NCBI RefSeq assembly: GCF_009914755.1
Contig: NC_060945.1
Source: the human T2T-CHM13v2.0 reference genome, Homo sapiens
Direction: 5' to 3' (one strand)
DNA: 64,000 nucleotides
Shown here one piece after another: positions 21,780 through 34,441 of the stretch; position 1 is the first letter of the stretch; each line of letters starts with the position of its first letter. The notes below the pieces were generated by a model that saw only the letters and a list, made by a program, of their open reading frames with translations, did not search any database and was not told where the DNA came from. The position numbers were made by a program, and so were the translations under genes.

Positions 21780-24700
21780 CATGTCTAGCGTGACCCTCCT
21801 TCCTGGCAGTGACACTGTTGATGTGAACCCCAATTTCACATCTGTCATTTGTAAATAGGACCATTTTCCCTTTTCGCTCTCCCTTCCATTCACAGGGCTT
21901 TTCATTCTCTCTGTTACTGCCTCCGTTTCAGATATTTACTCACCTTTTTCTCTCTCACTATGTCTGCCGTGGGCTCCATGAGAGTGCGCCACATAAGATT
22001 CCCCCATTAAAAGTCATGAATTGAGTGGCTTTTAGTATACCTGTGGTTGTGTACATTCAAATTTAATTCGCAATTCATTGTAGAACGTCTTATCACTCCC
22101 GGCCAGAGAAAAACCCTGTAGACATTAGTCACTCCTCATTCTGTCTCAAACCCTCTCCCTGACCCTCAGCCCTAGGTAGCAACTACCTAGTGCGATCAAT
22201 CCCATATGCATAGATTACCATATTGTGGACATTTCCTATAAGCGGAATTGCACAATAGGTGAGCTGTTATGACTGACATAACACGTAGCACAATATTTTC
22301 AAGATTCGTCCACATTGTAGGCTTACCCACAGGGGGAAACCATTTTTTTGGGGGCTTTTAGTAACACCGGTGTTTTTTCCTTCCTTACGTCCTTCTTTCC
22401 TTCCTTCCTTCCTTCCTTCCTTCCTTCCTTCCTTCCTGACTTCCTTCCTGACTTCCTTCTTTCCTTCCCTCCTTCCTCCTATTTCTCTCTTACTCCTTCT
22501 GCCCTCTCTCTTTCCTATGCCTTAGGTGCATCCCACATTCTGCGTTTTTTTGGGGAAATCCTCGACAGGTGCAGGAAAATTGTGTTATTGTAACAATTTA
22601 CCGTTATCTCTCTTTCACGGCTCTCCATCAGTTGTGAACATCTATTGGTTTATCCCAAGTCACTAAGCATATTTTCATTAGGTAAACCTGTTTTTCCTTC
22701 TACAGCTGTTTCTGGAGTATAGGGTCGCATACTCATAAACCCAGTGTAACTCAGAAACGCATCTAATATTCCAGTAAACCCATCATAACGTTGAAAAATC
22801 GTAAATCAAACCATCATAAGTCACGGTTTGTCCGTGGATATGGGCGTCATCAATTCCATTGTATTCAGTAATGCTGTACACCATTAACAATGGCAGACTG
22901 ATTGGGAGTGGATATTGATAGCATTATAAAAGTCAGTTATTAGAGGGATACTTCTTTAACCTGACTGAAGAACTGATCTAATGGCTTTAGTACAGTGCAT
23001 GATTATGTGCGATGTTTTGAGACAGAGTAGTACATTTGTGAATGAAATTTTATGGCTTTTTTTTCACTTAGTAGGAACCATTGTGTGTGGAAAAGTGAGA
23101 AAATGGCTTTCTGCTGTAGGGTCTGGCATTCATTGTAGATGTAAGCTTATTTTTCTGTGAGCAAATCTTATTCAATAAAATACTACTCTTTATACTAAAA
23201 AACAAAAACAGTGGTGATGTGTGGTCATTACCCTCAGCAAACTTATCCAGGGAAAAGAAAACCAAACGCCACAACTCACTTATAATGGGAGCTGAAAAAT
23301 GAGATCCCATGGACACAGGAAGGGGAACAACACACACTGGGGCCTTCCGGGAGACAGAGCGTTAAGAAAAACAGCTACTGCATGCTGGGCCTAATACCTA
23401 GGTGATGGGTTGACAGGTGCAGCAAACCACCATGGCACACGTTAACCTTAGTAACAAATCTGCACATCCTGCACATGTACCCCAGAACTTAGGAACGAAA
23501 CGAAACAAAAGACAACGAAAAAGCAACAGCAAAACGCTAAAGGCAAAATAAAGTTTCAAACTGAGAAAGTGACAGACCAACGTCTGGTTCAAATCATGGT
23601 TCTCAACCCAGGTGCCATAAGGTCAGGATAAAGGATGTGATTACATATTGTCAATAAGACATGCAGCAAATGACCAGAATGATTATTCTCAACATATGTG
23701 TGTCTTCTAATTCAATGGTGACGCTGTCTACCGGGACATAGCATTAGATTCCAAAGGGCCGAGTCCCGCCAGACAGGCCTCCCACACTAATAACAATGGG
23801 AAGCCCTACGTTGCTTTACCTGTGCTTCTCAGCCACTGGCTATAAATCAGGTTGCCACCACTCCCAGATTTAGTTGCATTCATTAGCTGGAAGAGCTCAC
23901 AGCACGCAGGGAAACACTTACATTTGCCGTTGTATTTTAGCGGACATTGCACAAAGTTCAGAAATAAATGTGGGGCCCGGCATGTGGGGAGGGGGGCACT
24001 ACCTTCCAGGAAGTGTTATCCAGAAGCTCTCTGAACCCAGTCCTTTTGGGTTTTGATGGAGACCTCATTCTATAGGCATGATGGGTTAAACCATAGGCTA
24101 TTGGTGATCAACTCCACCTGGGGCTCTCCACCCTCCCTGGAAATTGGGGTTGAGGCTTTGCCATTCTCAGTCTGACTAAAAGAATTTACCCAAACGGAAT
24201 TTTAAAACAGATGAGCATAACTGGAATCTTAATTAGATGATTGGATTATCTGGAGCCACACCTTGATATTCCTAACCCGAGCACCCTCATCCAACGAATG
24301 CTCCACCCAACTGGCTCCCAAGTCTCTACGTGGTTCCAGAGCAAAAGGATGTTGATACAACGCATATCTCCACCTTTTCTTCCAAGTCTTTTCGCTTACA
24401 CGGAAAGACTTCTTCAACTGCCATGCATCAGGGTCAGGGGGAGGTCTTGTTACAACACAGATCTGCGGATCTCCGGCGTTTGACAGTGGCAAGGATGCTG
24501 CTGGTGTCAAAACCACAACGTGGGAACCACAGAACCACTAGTGGGTTTTCAGTGTTTCAGTGCATACAATTCCTAATATTTCTGGCCAAGAAAACTTGTA
24601 AGTTCTTAGATTGTCCCAAAGGTGGCGCATGAAATCAAAGCAGGAGAACAGTTTCCTACGAGGTGTAGCCTGGGAAAGTTGGGGGTGACTGATGGAAAGG

Positions 24701-24902
24701 AGGAGTGAAGCTCCGCCCTTTCCGCTGCTAGGCTGCGCCCGAGGCTATTTAAACCCACCCTGGCTGGCCTGTACTCAGATCTTCGCGGAGCGGATCAGCG
24801 GCAGGAGCGTTTGGCGGACTCTGCGTGGACTTGGAGCTCACAGCGTCTTGCGACTTGGAAGCGGGTTCAGAGGACAGGACAGAACACTTGGGCAAGTGAA
24901 TC

Positions 24903-24941
<39 letters not shown>

Positions 24942-25126
24942 CATTGGTTGGTTGATTTCCATTTTCTTAAGGAGCACATACCTCACACCGCACACACACA
25001 AACACACACACGCACACACACACGCACACGCACACGCACACACACGCACACACGCACACGCACACTCCTTCCTTCTGCGAGTTAGAACATTAGTAGGGGC
25101 CCCTGGGAGCTGCAGGTTTCCTAATC

Positions 25127-28108
25127 ATGTCTGCACCTAAGAACAGTAGGGTCTTGTCTGGCTCTTCTTATGAACGGTCCCCCAGCCCGGACTCCCCAAG
25201 GTCCATGCGAACCTCACCCAGCTTCCCCCTCTCCCCTCTCAGAAACTCAGGCTTAAGGGGAAGCTCCTCACCAGGGATCCGGAGCTACCATTCACCATCC
25301 CCTAGGGCTTCACCACACTCACCTCTGTCATCACCAGAATCCCACAAGCTCCCATTTCCCTGTCCTCACCGTGATGGGCAATCAACGAAGCCATTGGGCT
25401 CTCCCGTGTCCTCCTCTGAGGATTCCTCAGAGTCCCCACGTTCATCAATAATATACCACATGTTCTTACTGCCATCACCCAGCAGCTCACCCCCAGCTCT
25501 CGGGGGGTCTCCTGTGTCTCCCAGCTACTCTCCAAACAACCCCAGATTTCAGCTGCGGTCAGCCCCCCACACCCAGGAATCACCTACAAACTCACGAGCC
25601 TCACTTTGCTCCACCCCCGTGTCTTTCATCTCTTCACCCCCAGGCCTCAGGGACTCTCCTGTGGCTCCCAGTTACTCTCCAGCCATCCCCAGGTTCCTGC
25701 GGGAGTCAGCCCCATGCGCCCAGGAGTCCCCCAGAGACTCACAGGTCTCGGGAGATTATGAGCGGTCCCCCAGCCCTGACTCCCCAAGATTCATGCCTGC
25801 CTCACCCAGCTTCTCCCTCTCCCCTCCCAGAAACTCAGACCCAAGGGGCAGCTCCTCACCAGGGGTGTGGAAGTGCTCTACATCATCCCGCAGGGCTTCA
25901 CCACTCTCACATCCGTCATCAACAGAATTCCACAACTTTACGTTTCCCTTTCCTAACCAAGCAGAACAGTCACTCATGTCATTGTGTTCTCCCGTGACCT
26001 CCTCTGGAGATTCTTCACAGTCACCTCATTCATCAATAATATACCATATGTTCTTACTGCCATCATCCAGCAGCTCACCCCCAGCCACCCATGACTCTCC
26101 TGTCTGTCCCAGATACTCTCCAACTACGCCCAGATTTCAGCGGGAGTCTGTACCCCACACCCCAGAAACACCTACAAACTCACAGACCTCAGTGAGATCC
26201 TCGCCAGTCTCTCTGACGTCTTCACCCACAGCCCTTACGGACCCTCCAGTCTGTCCCAGCTACTCTCCAACCACGCCCACATTTCAGCGCGGGTCAGTTC
26301 CAGGAACCCAGGGATCACCACCAAGCCCACCGCTTTCACTGAGTTACTCCCCAGTCTCTAGCACGTCTTTATCTCCAACCCTCAGGGACTCGCCTGTCTG
26401 TCCCAGCTACTCTCCAAACACGCCCACACTTCAGCGGGAGTCCGTTGCAGGCACCCAGAAGTCACCACCAAACTCACCAATTTCACTGCGTTACTCCCCA
26501 GTCTCTCTCATGTCTTCACCATCCCTCAGGGACTCTCCCGTCTGTCCCAGCTACTCTCCAACCACGCCCACATTTCAGCTGGAGTCAGTTCCAGGCACCC
26601 CGGAATCACCACCAAACTCACCAATTTCACTCAGTTACTCCTCAGTCTCTAGCACGTCTTTATCTCCAACCCTCAGGGACTCTCCTGTGTGTCCCAGCTA
26701 CTCTCCAACCACGCCCACACTTCAGCGGGAGTCAGTTCCAGGCACCCAGGAATCACCACCAAACTCACCAATTTCACTCAATTACTCTCCAGTCTCTCTC
26801 GTGTCTTCACCAGCCCTCAGGGACTCTCCTGTCTGTCCCAGTTACTCTCCAACCACGCCCACATTTCAGCTGGAGTCAGTTCCAGGCACCCCGGAGTCAC
26901 CACCAAACTCACCAGTTTCACTCAGTTACTCCCCGGTCTCTCTCATGTCTTCACCCCCAGCCCTCAGGGACTCTCCTGTGTGTCCCAGCTACTCTCCAAC
27001 CATGCCCAGATTTCAGCGGGAGTCTGTTCCAGGCACCCATGTATCACCACCAAACTCAGCAGTTTCACTGAGTTACTCCCCAGTCTCTCTCATGTCTTCA
27101 CCCCCACACCCCTGGGACTCTCCTGTCTGTCCCAGCTACTCTCCCACCACGCCCAGATTTCAGCGGGAGTCAGCCTCCCACACTCCGGAATCAGATACAG
27201 ACTCACAGACTTCACTGAGCTCCTCCCTGGTCTCTCTCAGGTCTTTGCCCTCATCCCACAGGGACTCTTGTGTCTCTTTCAGCTACTCTCAAAACTTCTC
27301 TAGATTCCAGCTGGAGTCAGTTCCAGGCACCCACGATACACCACCGAACTCACGAATTTCACTGACTTACTCCCCTGTCTCCCTCATGTTCTCACCCCCA
27401 GCCCTCAGGGACTCTTCTGTCTCTCTCAGCTACTCTCCAACCATCTCCAGATTTCACCTGGAGTCAGCTTCCCACACCCTGGAATCACCTGCAAACTCAC
27501 GGACCTTACTGCAACCATCCCCCATTTCTTTCACCTCTTCACCCCCTGCCTTCAGGGACTCTCCTGGGTCTCCCAGCTTCTCTCCAGCCTTCCCCAGATT
27601 TCTGCCACAGCCAGCCCCAGGCACCCAGGACAACCCTAGACACTCACAGGCCTCACCAGACTATCTCCCTATGACCTGTACCTATACAGGGATGGCTCCC
27701 ACGCATCCCTCAGTGACCCCAAACCCATCTCCACTTACACTCAGGCACTCCCAGGGCCTGACAGCTACTCCCCGTTATTGTCCTTCAGTTCGAAGCCCTG
27801 GCCAATCTACTAGCCCACATGACGCAGTTACCTGGCCATTTCTCCACGGTTCCCGGGAGGGCCCCACACCCAGCCGCACAAGAGCCCCTCCTGCATTCCG
27901 TCCTCACACGCAGGCCTGTCCATCTACTTGCTACTGTCACACTCTTGCCAGCAGAAGAGGCCCCTGTAATGGCCGATATCACCACCCAGTCTATCCTCAC
28001 CCCACAGCTGTGCAGCGGGAAGCCCCTGCTGGCCCACGTGGCTGCCACAGCCCATGCTGGCACGACGCTCCAGCAGGTCGGCGTCCCTGCGGGCCAAACT
28101 ACCGGTGA
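25127..28108 (+). CDS. CTD-like repeat protein, type A, copy 4 (993 aa)
   Basis: Intact ORF, translation appears identical to copy 2. Confidence 0.7.
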   Translation: MSAPKNSRVLSGSSYERSPSPDSPRSMRTSPSFPLSPLRNSGLRGSSSPGIRSYHSPSPRASPHSPLSSPESHKLPFPCPHRDGQSTKPLGSPVSSSEDSSESPRSSIIYHMFLLPSPSSSPPALGGSPVSPSYSPNNPRFQLRSAPHTQESPTNSRASLCSTPVSFISSPPGLRDSPVAPSYSPAIPRFLRESAPCAQESPRDSQVSGDYERSPSPDSPRFMPASPSFSLSPPRNSDPRGSSSPGVWKCSTSSRRASPLSHPSSTEFHNFTFPFPNQAEQSLMSLCSPVTSSGDSSQSPHSSIIYHMFLLPSSSSSPPATHDSPVCPRYSPTTPRFQRESVPHTPETPTNSQTSVRSSPVSLTSSPTALTDPPVCPSYSPTTPTFQRGSVPGTQGSPPSPPLSLSYSPVSSTSLSPTLRDSPVCPSYSPNTPTLQRESVAGTQKSPPNSPISLRYSPVSLMSSPSLRDSPVCPSYSPTTPTFQLESVPGTPESPPNSPISLSYSSVSSTSLSPTLRDSPVCPSYSPTTPTLQRESVPGTQESPPNSPISLNYSPVSLVSSPALRDSPVCPSYSPTTPTFQLESVPGTPESPPNSPVSLSYSPVSLMSSPPALRDSPVCPSYSPTMPRFQRESVPGTHVSPPNSAVSLSYSPVSLMSSPPHPWDSPVCPSYSPTTPRFQRESASHTPESDTDSQTSLSSSLVSLRSLPSSHRDSCVSFSYSQNFSRFQLESVPGTHDTPPNSRISLTYSPVSLMFSPPALRDSSVSLSYSPTISRFHLESASHTLESPANSRTLLQPSPISFTSSPPAFRDSPGSPSFSPAFPRFLPQPAPGTQDNPRHSQASPDYLPMTCTYTGMAPTHPSVTPNPSPLTLRHSQGLTATPRYCPSVRSPGQSTSPHDAVTWPFLHGSREGPTPSRTRAPPAFRPHTQACPSTCYCHTLASRRGPCNGRYHHPVYPHPTAVQREAPAGPRGCHSPCWHDAPAGRRPCGPNYR

Positions 28109-31100
28109 CATGTCTAGCGTGACCCTCCTTCCTGGCAGTGACACTGTTGATGTGAACCCCAATTTCACATCTGTCATTTGTAAATAGGACCATTTTCCCT
28201 TTTCGCTCTCCCTTCCATTCACAGGGCTTTTCATTCTCTCTGTTACTGCCTCCGTTTCAGATATTTACTCACCTTTTTCTCTCTCACTATGTCTGCCGTG
28301 GGCTCCATGAGAGTGCGCCACATAAGATTCCCCCATTAAAAGTCATGAATTGAGTGGCTTTTAGTATACCTGTGGTTGTGTACATTCAAATTTAATTCGC
28401 AATTCATTGTAGAACGTCTTATCACTCCCGGCCAGAGAAAAACCCTGTAGACATTAGTCACTCCTCATTCTGTCTCAAACCCTCTCCCTGACCCTCAGCC
28501 CTAGGTAGCAACTACCTAGTGCGATCAATCCCATATGCATAGATTACCATATTGTGGACATTTCCTATAAGCGGAATTGCACAATAGGTGAGCTGTTATG
28601 ACTGACATAACACGTAGCACAATATTTTCAAGATTCGTCCACATTGTAGGCTTACCCACAGGGGGAAACCATTTTTTTGGGGGCTTTTAGTAACACCGGT
28701 GTTTTTTCCTTCCTTACGTCCTTCTTTCCTTCCTTCCTTCCTTCCTTCCTTCCTTCCTTCCTTCCTTCCTGACTTCCTTCCTGACTTCCTTCTTTCCTTC
28801 CCTCCTTCCTCCTATTTCTCTCTTACTCCTTCTGCCCTCTCTCTTTCCTATGCCTTAGGTGCATCCCACATTCTGCGTTTTTTTGGGGAAATCCTCGACA
28901 GGTGCAGGAAAATTGTGTTATTGTAACAATTTACCGTTATCTCTCTTTCACGGCTCTCCATCAGTTGTGAACATCTATTGGTTTATCCCAAGTCACTAAG
29001 CATATTTTCATTAGGTAAACCTGTTTTTCCTTCTACAGCTGTTTCTGGAGTATAGGGTCGCATACTCATAAACCCAGTGTAACTCAGAAACGCATCTAAT
29101 ATTCCAGTAAACCCATCATAACGTTGAAAAATCGTAAATCAAACCATCATAAGTCACGGTTTGTCCGTGGATATGGGCGTCATCAATTCCATTGTATTCA
29201 GTAATGCTGTACACCATTAACAATGGCAGACTGATTGGGAGTGGATATTGATAGCATTATAAAAGTCAGTTATTAGAGGGATACTTCTTTAACCTGACTG
29301 AAGAACTGATCTAATGGCTTTAGTACAGTGCATGATTATGTGCGATGTTTTGAGACAGAGTAGTACATTTGTGAATGAAATTTTATGGCTTTTTTTTCAC
29401 TTAGTAGGAACCATTGTGTGTGGAAAAGTGAGAAAATGGCTTTCTGCTGTAGGGTCTGGCATTCATTGTAGATGTAAGCTTATTTTTCTGTGAGCAAATC
29501 TTATTCAATAAAATACTACTCTTTATACTAAAAAACAAAAACAGTGGTGATGTGTGGTCATTACCCTCAGCAAACTTATCCAGGGAAAAGAAAACCAAAC
29601 GCCACAACTCACTTATAATGGGAGCTGAAAAATGAGATCCCATGGACACAGGAAGGGGAACAACACACACTGGGGCCTTCCGGGAGACAGAGCGTTAAGA
29701 AAAACAGCTACTGCATGCTGGGCCTAATACCTAGGTGATGGGTTGACAGGTGCAGCAAACCACCATGGCACACGTTAACCTTAGTAACAAATCTGCACAT
29801 CCTGCACATGTACCCCAGAACTTAGGAACGAAACGAAACAAAAGACAACGAAAAAGCAACAGCAAAACGCTAAAGGCAAAATAAAGTTTCAAACTGAGAA
29901 AGTGACAGACCAACGTCTGGTTCAAATCATGGTTCTCAACCCAGGTGCCATAAGGTCAGGATAAAGGATGTGATTACATATTGTCAATAAGACATGCAGC
30001 AAATGACCAGAATGATTATTCTCAACATATGTGTGTCTTCTAATTCAATGGTGACGCTGTCTACCGGGACATAGCATTAGATTCCAAAGGGCCGAGTCCC
30101 GCCAGACAGGCCTCCCACACTAATAACAATGGGAAGCCCTACGTTGCTTTACCTGTGCTTCTCAGCCACTGGCTATAAATCAGGTTGCCACCACTCCCAG
30201 ATTTAGTTGCATTCATTAGCTGGAAGAGCTCACAGCACGCAGGGAAACACTTACATTTGCCGTTGTATTTTAGCGGACATTGCACAAAGTTCAGAAATAA
30301 ATGTGGGGCCCGGCATGTGGGGAGGGGGGCACTACCTTCCAGGAAGTGTTATCCAGAAGCTCTCTGAACCCAGTCCTTTTGGGTTTTGATGGAGACCTCA
30401 TTCTATAGGCATGATGGGTTAAACCATAGGCTATTGGTGATCAACTCCACCTGGGGCTCTCCACCCTCCCTGGAAATTGGGGTTGAGGCTTTGCCATTCT
30501 CAGTCTGACTAAAAGAATTTACCCAAACGGAATTTTAAAACAGATGAGCATAACTGGAATCTTAATTAGATGATTGGATTATCTGGAGCCACACCTTGAT
30601 ATTCCTAACCCGAGCACCCTCATCCAACGAATGCTCCACCCAACTGGCTCCCAAGTCTCTACGTGGTTCCAGAGCAAAAGGATGTTGATACAACGCATAT
30701 CTCCACCTTTTCTTCCAAGTCTTTTCGCTTACACGGAAAGACTTCTTCAACTGCCATGCATCAGGGTCAGGGGGAGGTCTTGTTACAACACAGATCTGCG
30801 GATCTCCGGCGTTTGACAGTGGCAAGGATGCTGCTGGTGTCAAAACCACAACGTGGGAACCACAGAACCACTAGTGGGTTTTCAGTGTTTCAGTGCATAC
30901 AATTCCTAATATTTCTGGCCAAGAAAACTTGTAAGTTCTTAGATTGTCCCAAAGGTGGCGCATGAAATCAAAGCAGGAGAACAGTTTCCTACGAGGTGTA
31001 GCCTGGGAAAGTTGGGGGTGACTGATGGAAAGGAGGAGTGAAGCTCCGCCCTTTCCGCTGCTAGGCTGCGCCCGAGGCTATTTAAACCCACCCTGGCTGG

Positions 31101-31235
31101 CCTGTACTCAGATCTTCGCGGAGCGGATCAGCGGCAGGAGCGTTTGGCGGACTCTGCGTGGACTTGGAGCTCACAGCGTCTTGCGACTTGGAAGCGGGTT
31201 CAGAGGACAGGACAGAACACTTGGGCAAGTGAATC

Positions 31236-31274
<39 letters not shown>

Positions 31275-31459
31275 CATTGGTTGGTTGATTTCCATTTTCT
31301 TAAGGAGCACATACCTCACACCGCACACACACAAACACACACACGCACACACACACGCACACGCACACGCACACACACGCACACACGCACACGCACACTC
31401 CTTCCTTCTGCGAGTTAGAACATTAGTAGGGGCCCCTGGGAGCTGCAGGTTTCCTAATC

Positions 31460-34441
31460 ATGTCTGCACCTAAGAACAGTAGGGTCTTGTCTGGCTCTTC
31501 TTATGAACGGTCCCCCAGCCCGGACTCCCCAAGGTCCATGCGAACCTCACCCAGCTTCCCCCTCTCCCCTCTCAGAAACTCAGGCTTAAGGGGAAGCTCC
31601 TCACCAGGGATCCGGAGCTACCATTCACCATCCCCTAGGGCTTCACCACACTCACCTCTGTCATCACCAGAATCCCACAAGCTCCCATTTCCCTGTCCTC
31701 ACCGTGATGGGCAATCAACGAAGCCATTGGGCTCTCCCGTGTCCTCCTCTGAGGATTCCTCAGAGTCCCCACGTTCATCAATAATATACCACATGTTCTT
31801 ACTGCCATCACCCAGCAGCTCACCCCCAGCTCTCGGGGGGTCTCCTGTGTCTCCCAGCTACTCTCCAAACAACCCCAGATTTCAGCTGCGGTCAGCCCCC
31901 CACACCCAGGAATCACCTACAAACTCACGAGCCTCACTTTGCTCCACCCCCGTGTCTTTCATCTCTTCACCCCCAGGCCTCAGGGACTCTCCTGTGGCTC
32001 CCAGTTACTCTCCAGCCATCCCCAGGTTCCTGCGGGAGTCAGCCCCATGCGCCCAGGAGTCCCCCAGAGACTCACAGGTCTCGGGAGATTATGAGCGGTC
32101 CCCCAGCCCTGACTCCCCAAGATTCATGCCTGCCTCACCCAGCTTCTCCCTCTCCCCTCCCAGAAACTCAGACCCAAGGGGCAGCTCCTCACCAGGGGTG
32201 TGGAAGTGCTCTACATCATCCCGCAGGGCTTCACCACTCTCACATCCGTCATCAACAGAATTCCACAACTTTACGTTTCCCTTTCCTAACCAAGCAGAAC
32301 AGTCACTCATGTCATTGTGTTCTCCCGTGACCTCCTCTGGAGATTCTTCACAGTCACCTCATTCATCAATAATATACCATATGTTCTTACTGCCATCATC
32401 CAGCAGCTCACCCCCAGCCACCCATGACTCTCCTGTCTGTCCCAGATACTCTCCAACTACGCCCAGATTTCAGCGGGAGTCTGTACCCCACACCCCAGAA
32501 ACACCTACAAACTCACAGACCTCAGTGAGATCCTCGCCAGTCTCTCTGACGTCTTCACCCACAGCCCTTACGGACCCTCCAGTCTGTCCCAGCTACTCTC
32601 CAACCACGCCCACATTTCAGCGCGGGTCAGTTCCAGGAACCCAGGGATCACCACCAAGCCCACCGCTTTCACTGAGTTACTCCCCAGTCTCTAGCACGTC
32701 TTTATCTCCAACCCTCAGGGACTCGCCTGTCTGTCCCAGCTACTCTCCAAACACGCCCACACTTCAGCGGGAGTCCGTTGCAGGCACCCAGAAGTCACCA
32801 CCAAACTCACCAATTTCACTGCGTTACTCCCCAGTCTCTCTCATGTCTTCACCATCCCTCAGGGACTCTCCCGTCTGTCCCAGCTACTCTCCAACCACGC
32901 CCACATTTCAGCTGGAGTCAGTTCCAGGCACCCCGGAATCACCACCAAACTCACCAATTTCACTCAGTTACTCCTCAGTCTCTAGCACGTCTTTATCTCC
33001 AACCCTCAGGGACTCTCCTGTGTGTCCCAGCTACTCTCCAACCACGCCCACACTTCAGCGGGAGTCAGTTCCAGGCACCCAGGAATCACCACCAAACTCA
33101 CCAATTTCACTCAATTACTCTCCAGTCTCTCTCGTGTCTTCACCAGCCCTCAGGGACTCTCCTGTCTGTCCCAGTTACTCTCCAACCACGCCCACATTTC
33201 AGCTGGAGTCAGTTCCAGGCACCCCGGAGTCACCACCAAACTCACCAGTTTCACTCAGTTACTCCCCGGTCTCTCTCATGTCTTCACCCCCAGCCCTCAG
33301 GGACTCTCCTGTGTGTCCCAGCTACTCTCCAACCATGCCCAGATTTCAGCGGGAGTCTGTTCCAGGCACCCATGTATCACCACCAAACTCAGCAGTTTCA
33401 CTGAGTTACTCCCCAGTCTCTCTCATGTCTTCACCCCCACACCCCTGGGACTCTCCTGTCTGTCCCAGCTACTCTCCCACCACGCCCAGATTTCAGCGGG
33501 AGTCAGCCTCCCACACTCCGGAATCAGATACAGACTCACAGACTTCACTGAGCTCCTCCCTGGTCTCTCTCAGGTCTTTGCCCTCATCCCACAGGGACTC
33601 TTGTGTCTCTTTCAGCTACTCTCAAAACTTCTCTAGATTCCAGCTGGAGTCAGTTCCAGGCACCCACGATACACCACCGAACTCACGAATTTCACTGACT
33701 TACTCCCCTGTCTCCCTCATGTTCTCACCCCCAGCCCTCAGGGACTCTTCTGTCTCTCTCAGCTACTCTCCAACCATCTCCAGATTTCACCTGGAGTCAG
33801 CTTCCCACACCCTGGAATCACCTGCAAACTCACGGACCTTACTGCAACCATCCCCCATTTCTTTCACCTCTTCACCCCCTGCCTTCAGGGACTCTCCTGT
33901 GTCTCCCAGCTTCTCTCCAGCCTTCCCCAGATTTCTGCCACAGCCAGCCCCAGGCACCCAGGACAACCCTAGACACTCACAGGCCTCACCAGACTATCTC
34001 CCTATGACCTTTACCTATACAGGGATGGCTCCCACGCATCCCTCAGTGACCCCAAACCCATCTCCACTTACACTCAGGCACTCCCAGGGCCTGACAGCTA
34101 CTCCCCGTTATTGTCCTTCAGTTCGAAGCCCTGGCCAATCTACTAGCCCACATGACGCAGTTACCTGGCCATTTCTCCACGGTTCCCGGGAGGGCCCCAC
34201 ACCCAGCCGCACAAGAGCCCCTCCTGCATTCCGTCCTCACACGCAGGCCTGTCCATCTACTTGCTACTGTCACACTCTTGCCAGCAGAAGAGGCCCCTGT
34301 AATGGCCGATATCACCACCCAGTCTATCCTCACCCCACAGCTGTGCAGCGGGAAGCCCCTGCTGGCCCACGTGGCTGCCACAGCCCGTGCTGGCACGACG
34401 CTCCAGCAGGTCGGCGTCCCTGCGGGCCAAACTACCGGTGA
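31460..34441 (+). CDS. CTD-like repeat protein, type A, copy 5 (993 aa)
   Basis: Intact ORF with two substitutions near the C-terminus (SPG>SPV, MTC>MTF). Confidence 0.7.
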   Translation: MSAPKNSRVLSGSSYERSPSPDSPRSMRTSPSFPLSPLRNSGLRGSSSPGIRSYHSPSPRASPHSPLSSPESHKLPFPCPHRDGQSTKPLGSPVSSSEDSSESPRSSIIYHMFLLPSPSSSPPALGGSPVSPSYSPNNPRFQLRSAPHTQESPTNSRASLCSTPVSFISSPPGLRDSPVAPSYSPAIPRFLRESAPCAQESPRDSQVSGDYERSPSPDSPRFMPASPSFSLSPPRNSDPRGSSSPGVWKCSTSSRRASPLSHPSSTEFHNFTFPFPNQAEQSLMSLCSPVTSSGDSSQSPHSSIIYHMFLLPSSSSSPPATHDSPVCPRYSPTTPRFQRESVPHTPETPTNSQTSVRSSPVSLTSSPTALTDPPVCPSYSPTTPTFQRGSVPGTQGSPPSPPLSLSYSPVSSTSLSPTLRDSPVCPSYSPNTPTLQRESVAGTQKSPPNSPISLRYSPVSLMSSPSLRDSPVCPSYSPTTPTFQLESVPGTPESPPNSPISLSYSSVSSTSLSPTLRDSPVCPSYSPTTPTLQRESVPGTQESPPNSPISLNYSPVSLVSSPALRDSPVCPSYSPTTPTFQLESVPGTPESPPNSPVSLSYSPVSLMSSPPALRDSPVCPSYSPTMPRFQRESVPGTHVSPPNSAVSLSYSPVSLMSSPPHPWDSPVCPSYSPTTPRFQRESASHTPESDTDSQTSLSSSLVSLRSLPSSHRDSCVSFSYSQNFSRFQLESVPGTHDTPPNSRISLTYSPVSLMFSPPALRDSSVSLSYSPTISRFHLESASHTLESPANSRTLLQPSPISFTSSPPAFRDSPVSPSFSPAFPRFLPQPAPGTQDNPRHSQASPDYLPMTFTYTGMAPTHPSVTPNPSPLTLRHSQGLTATPRYCPSVRSPGQSTSPHDAVTWPFLHGSREGPTPSRTRAPPAFRPHTQACPSTCYCHTLASRRGPCNGRYHHPVYPHPTAVQREAPAGPRGCHSPCWHDAPAGRRPCGPNYR

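Noticed and set aside
12469-28108. Array being purely an assembly artefact of duplicated reads
   Set aside because: Units carry distinct microsatellite lengths, SNPs and two diverged subtypes. The exact count of the near-identical copies 2-4 still needs read-level confirmation.
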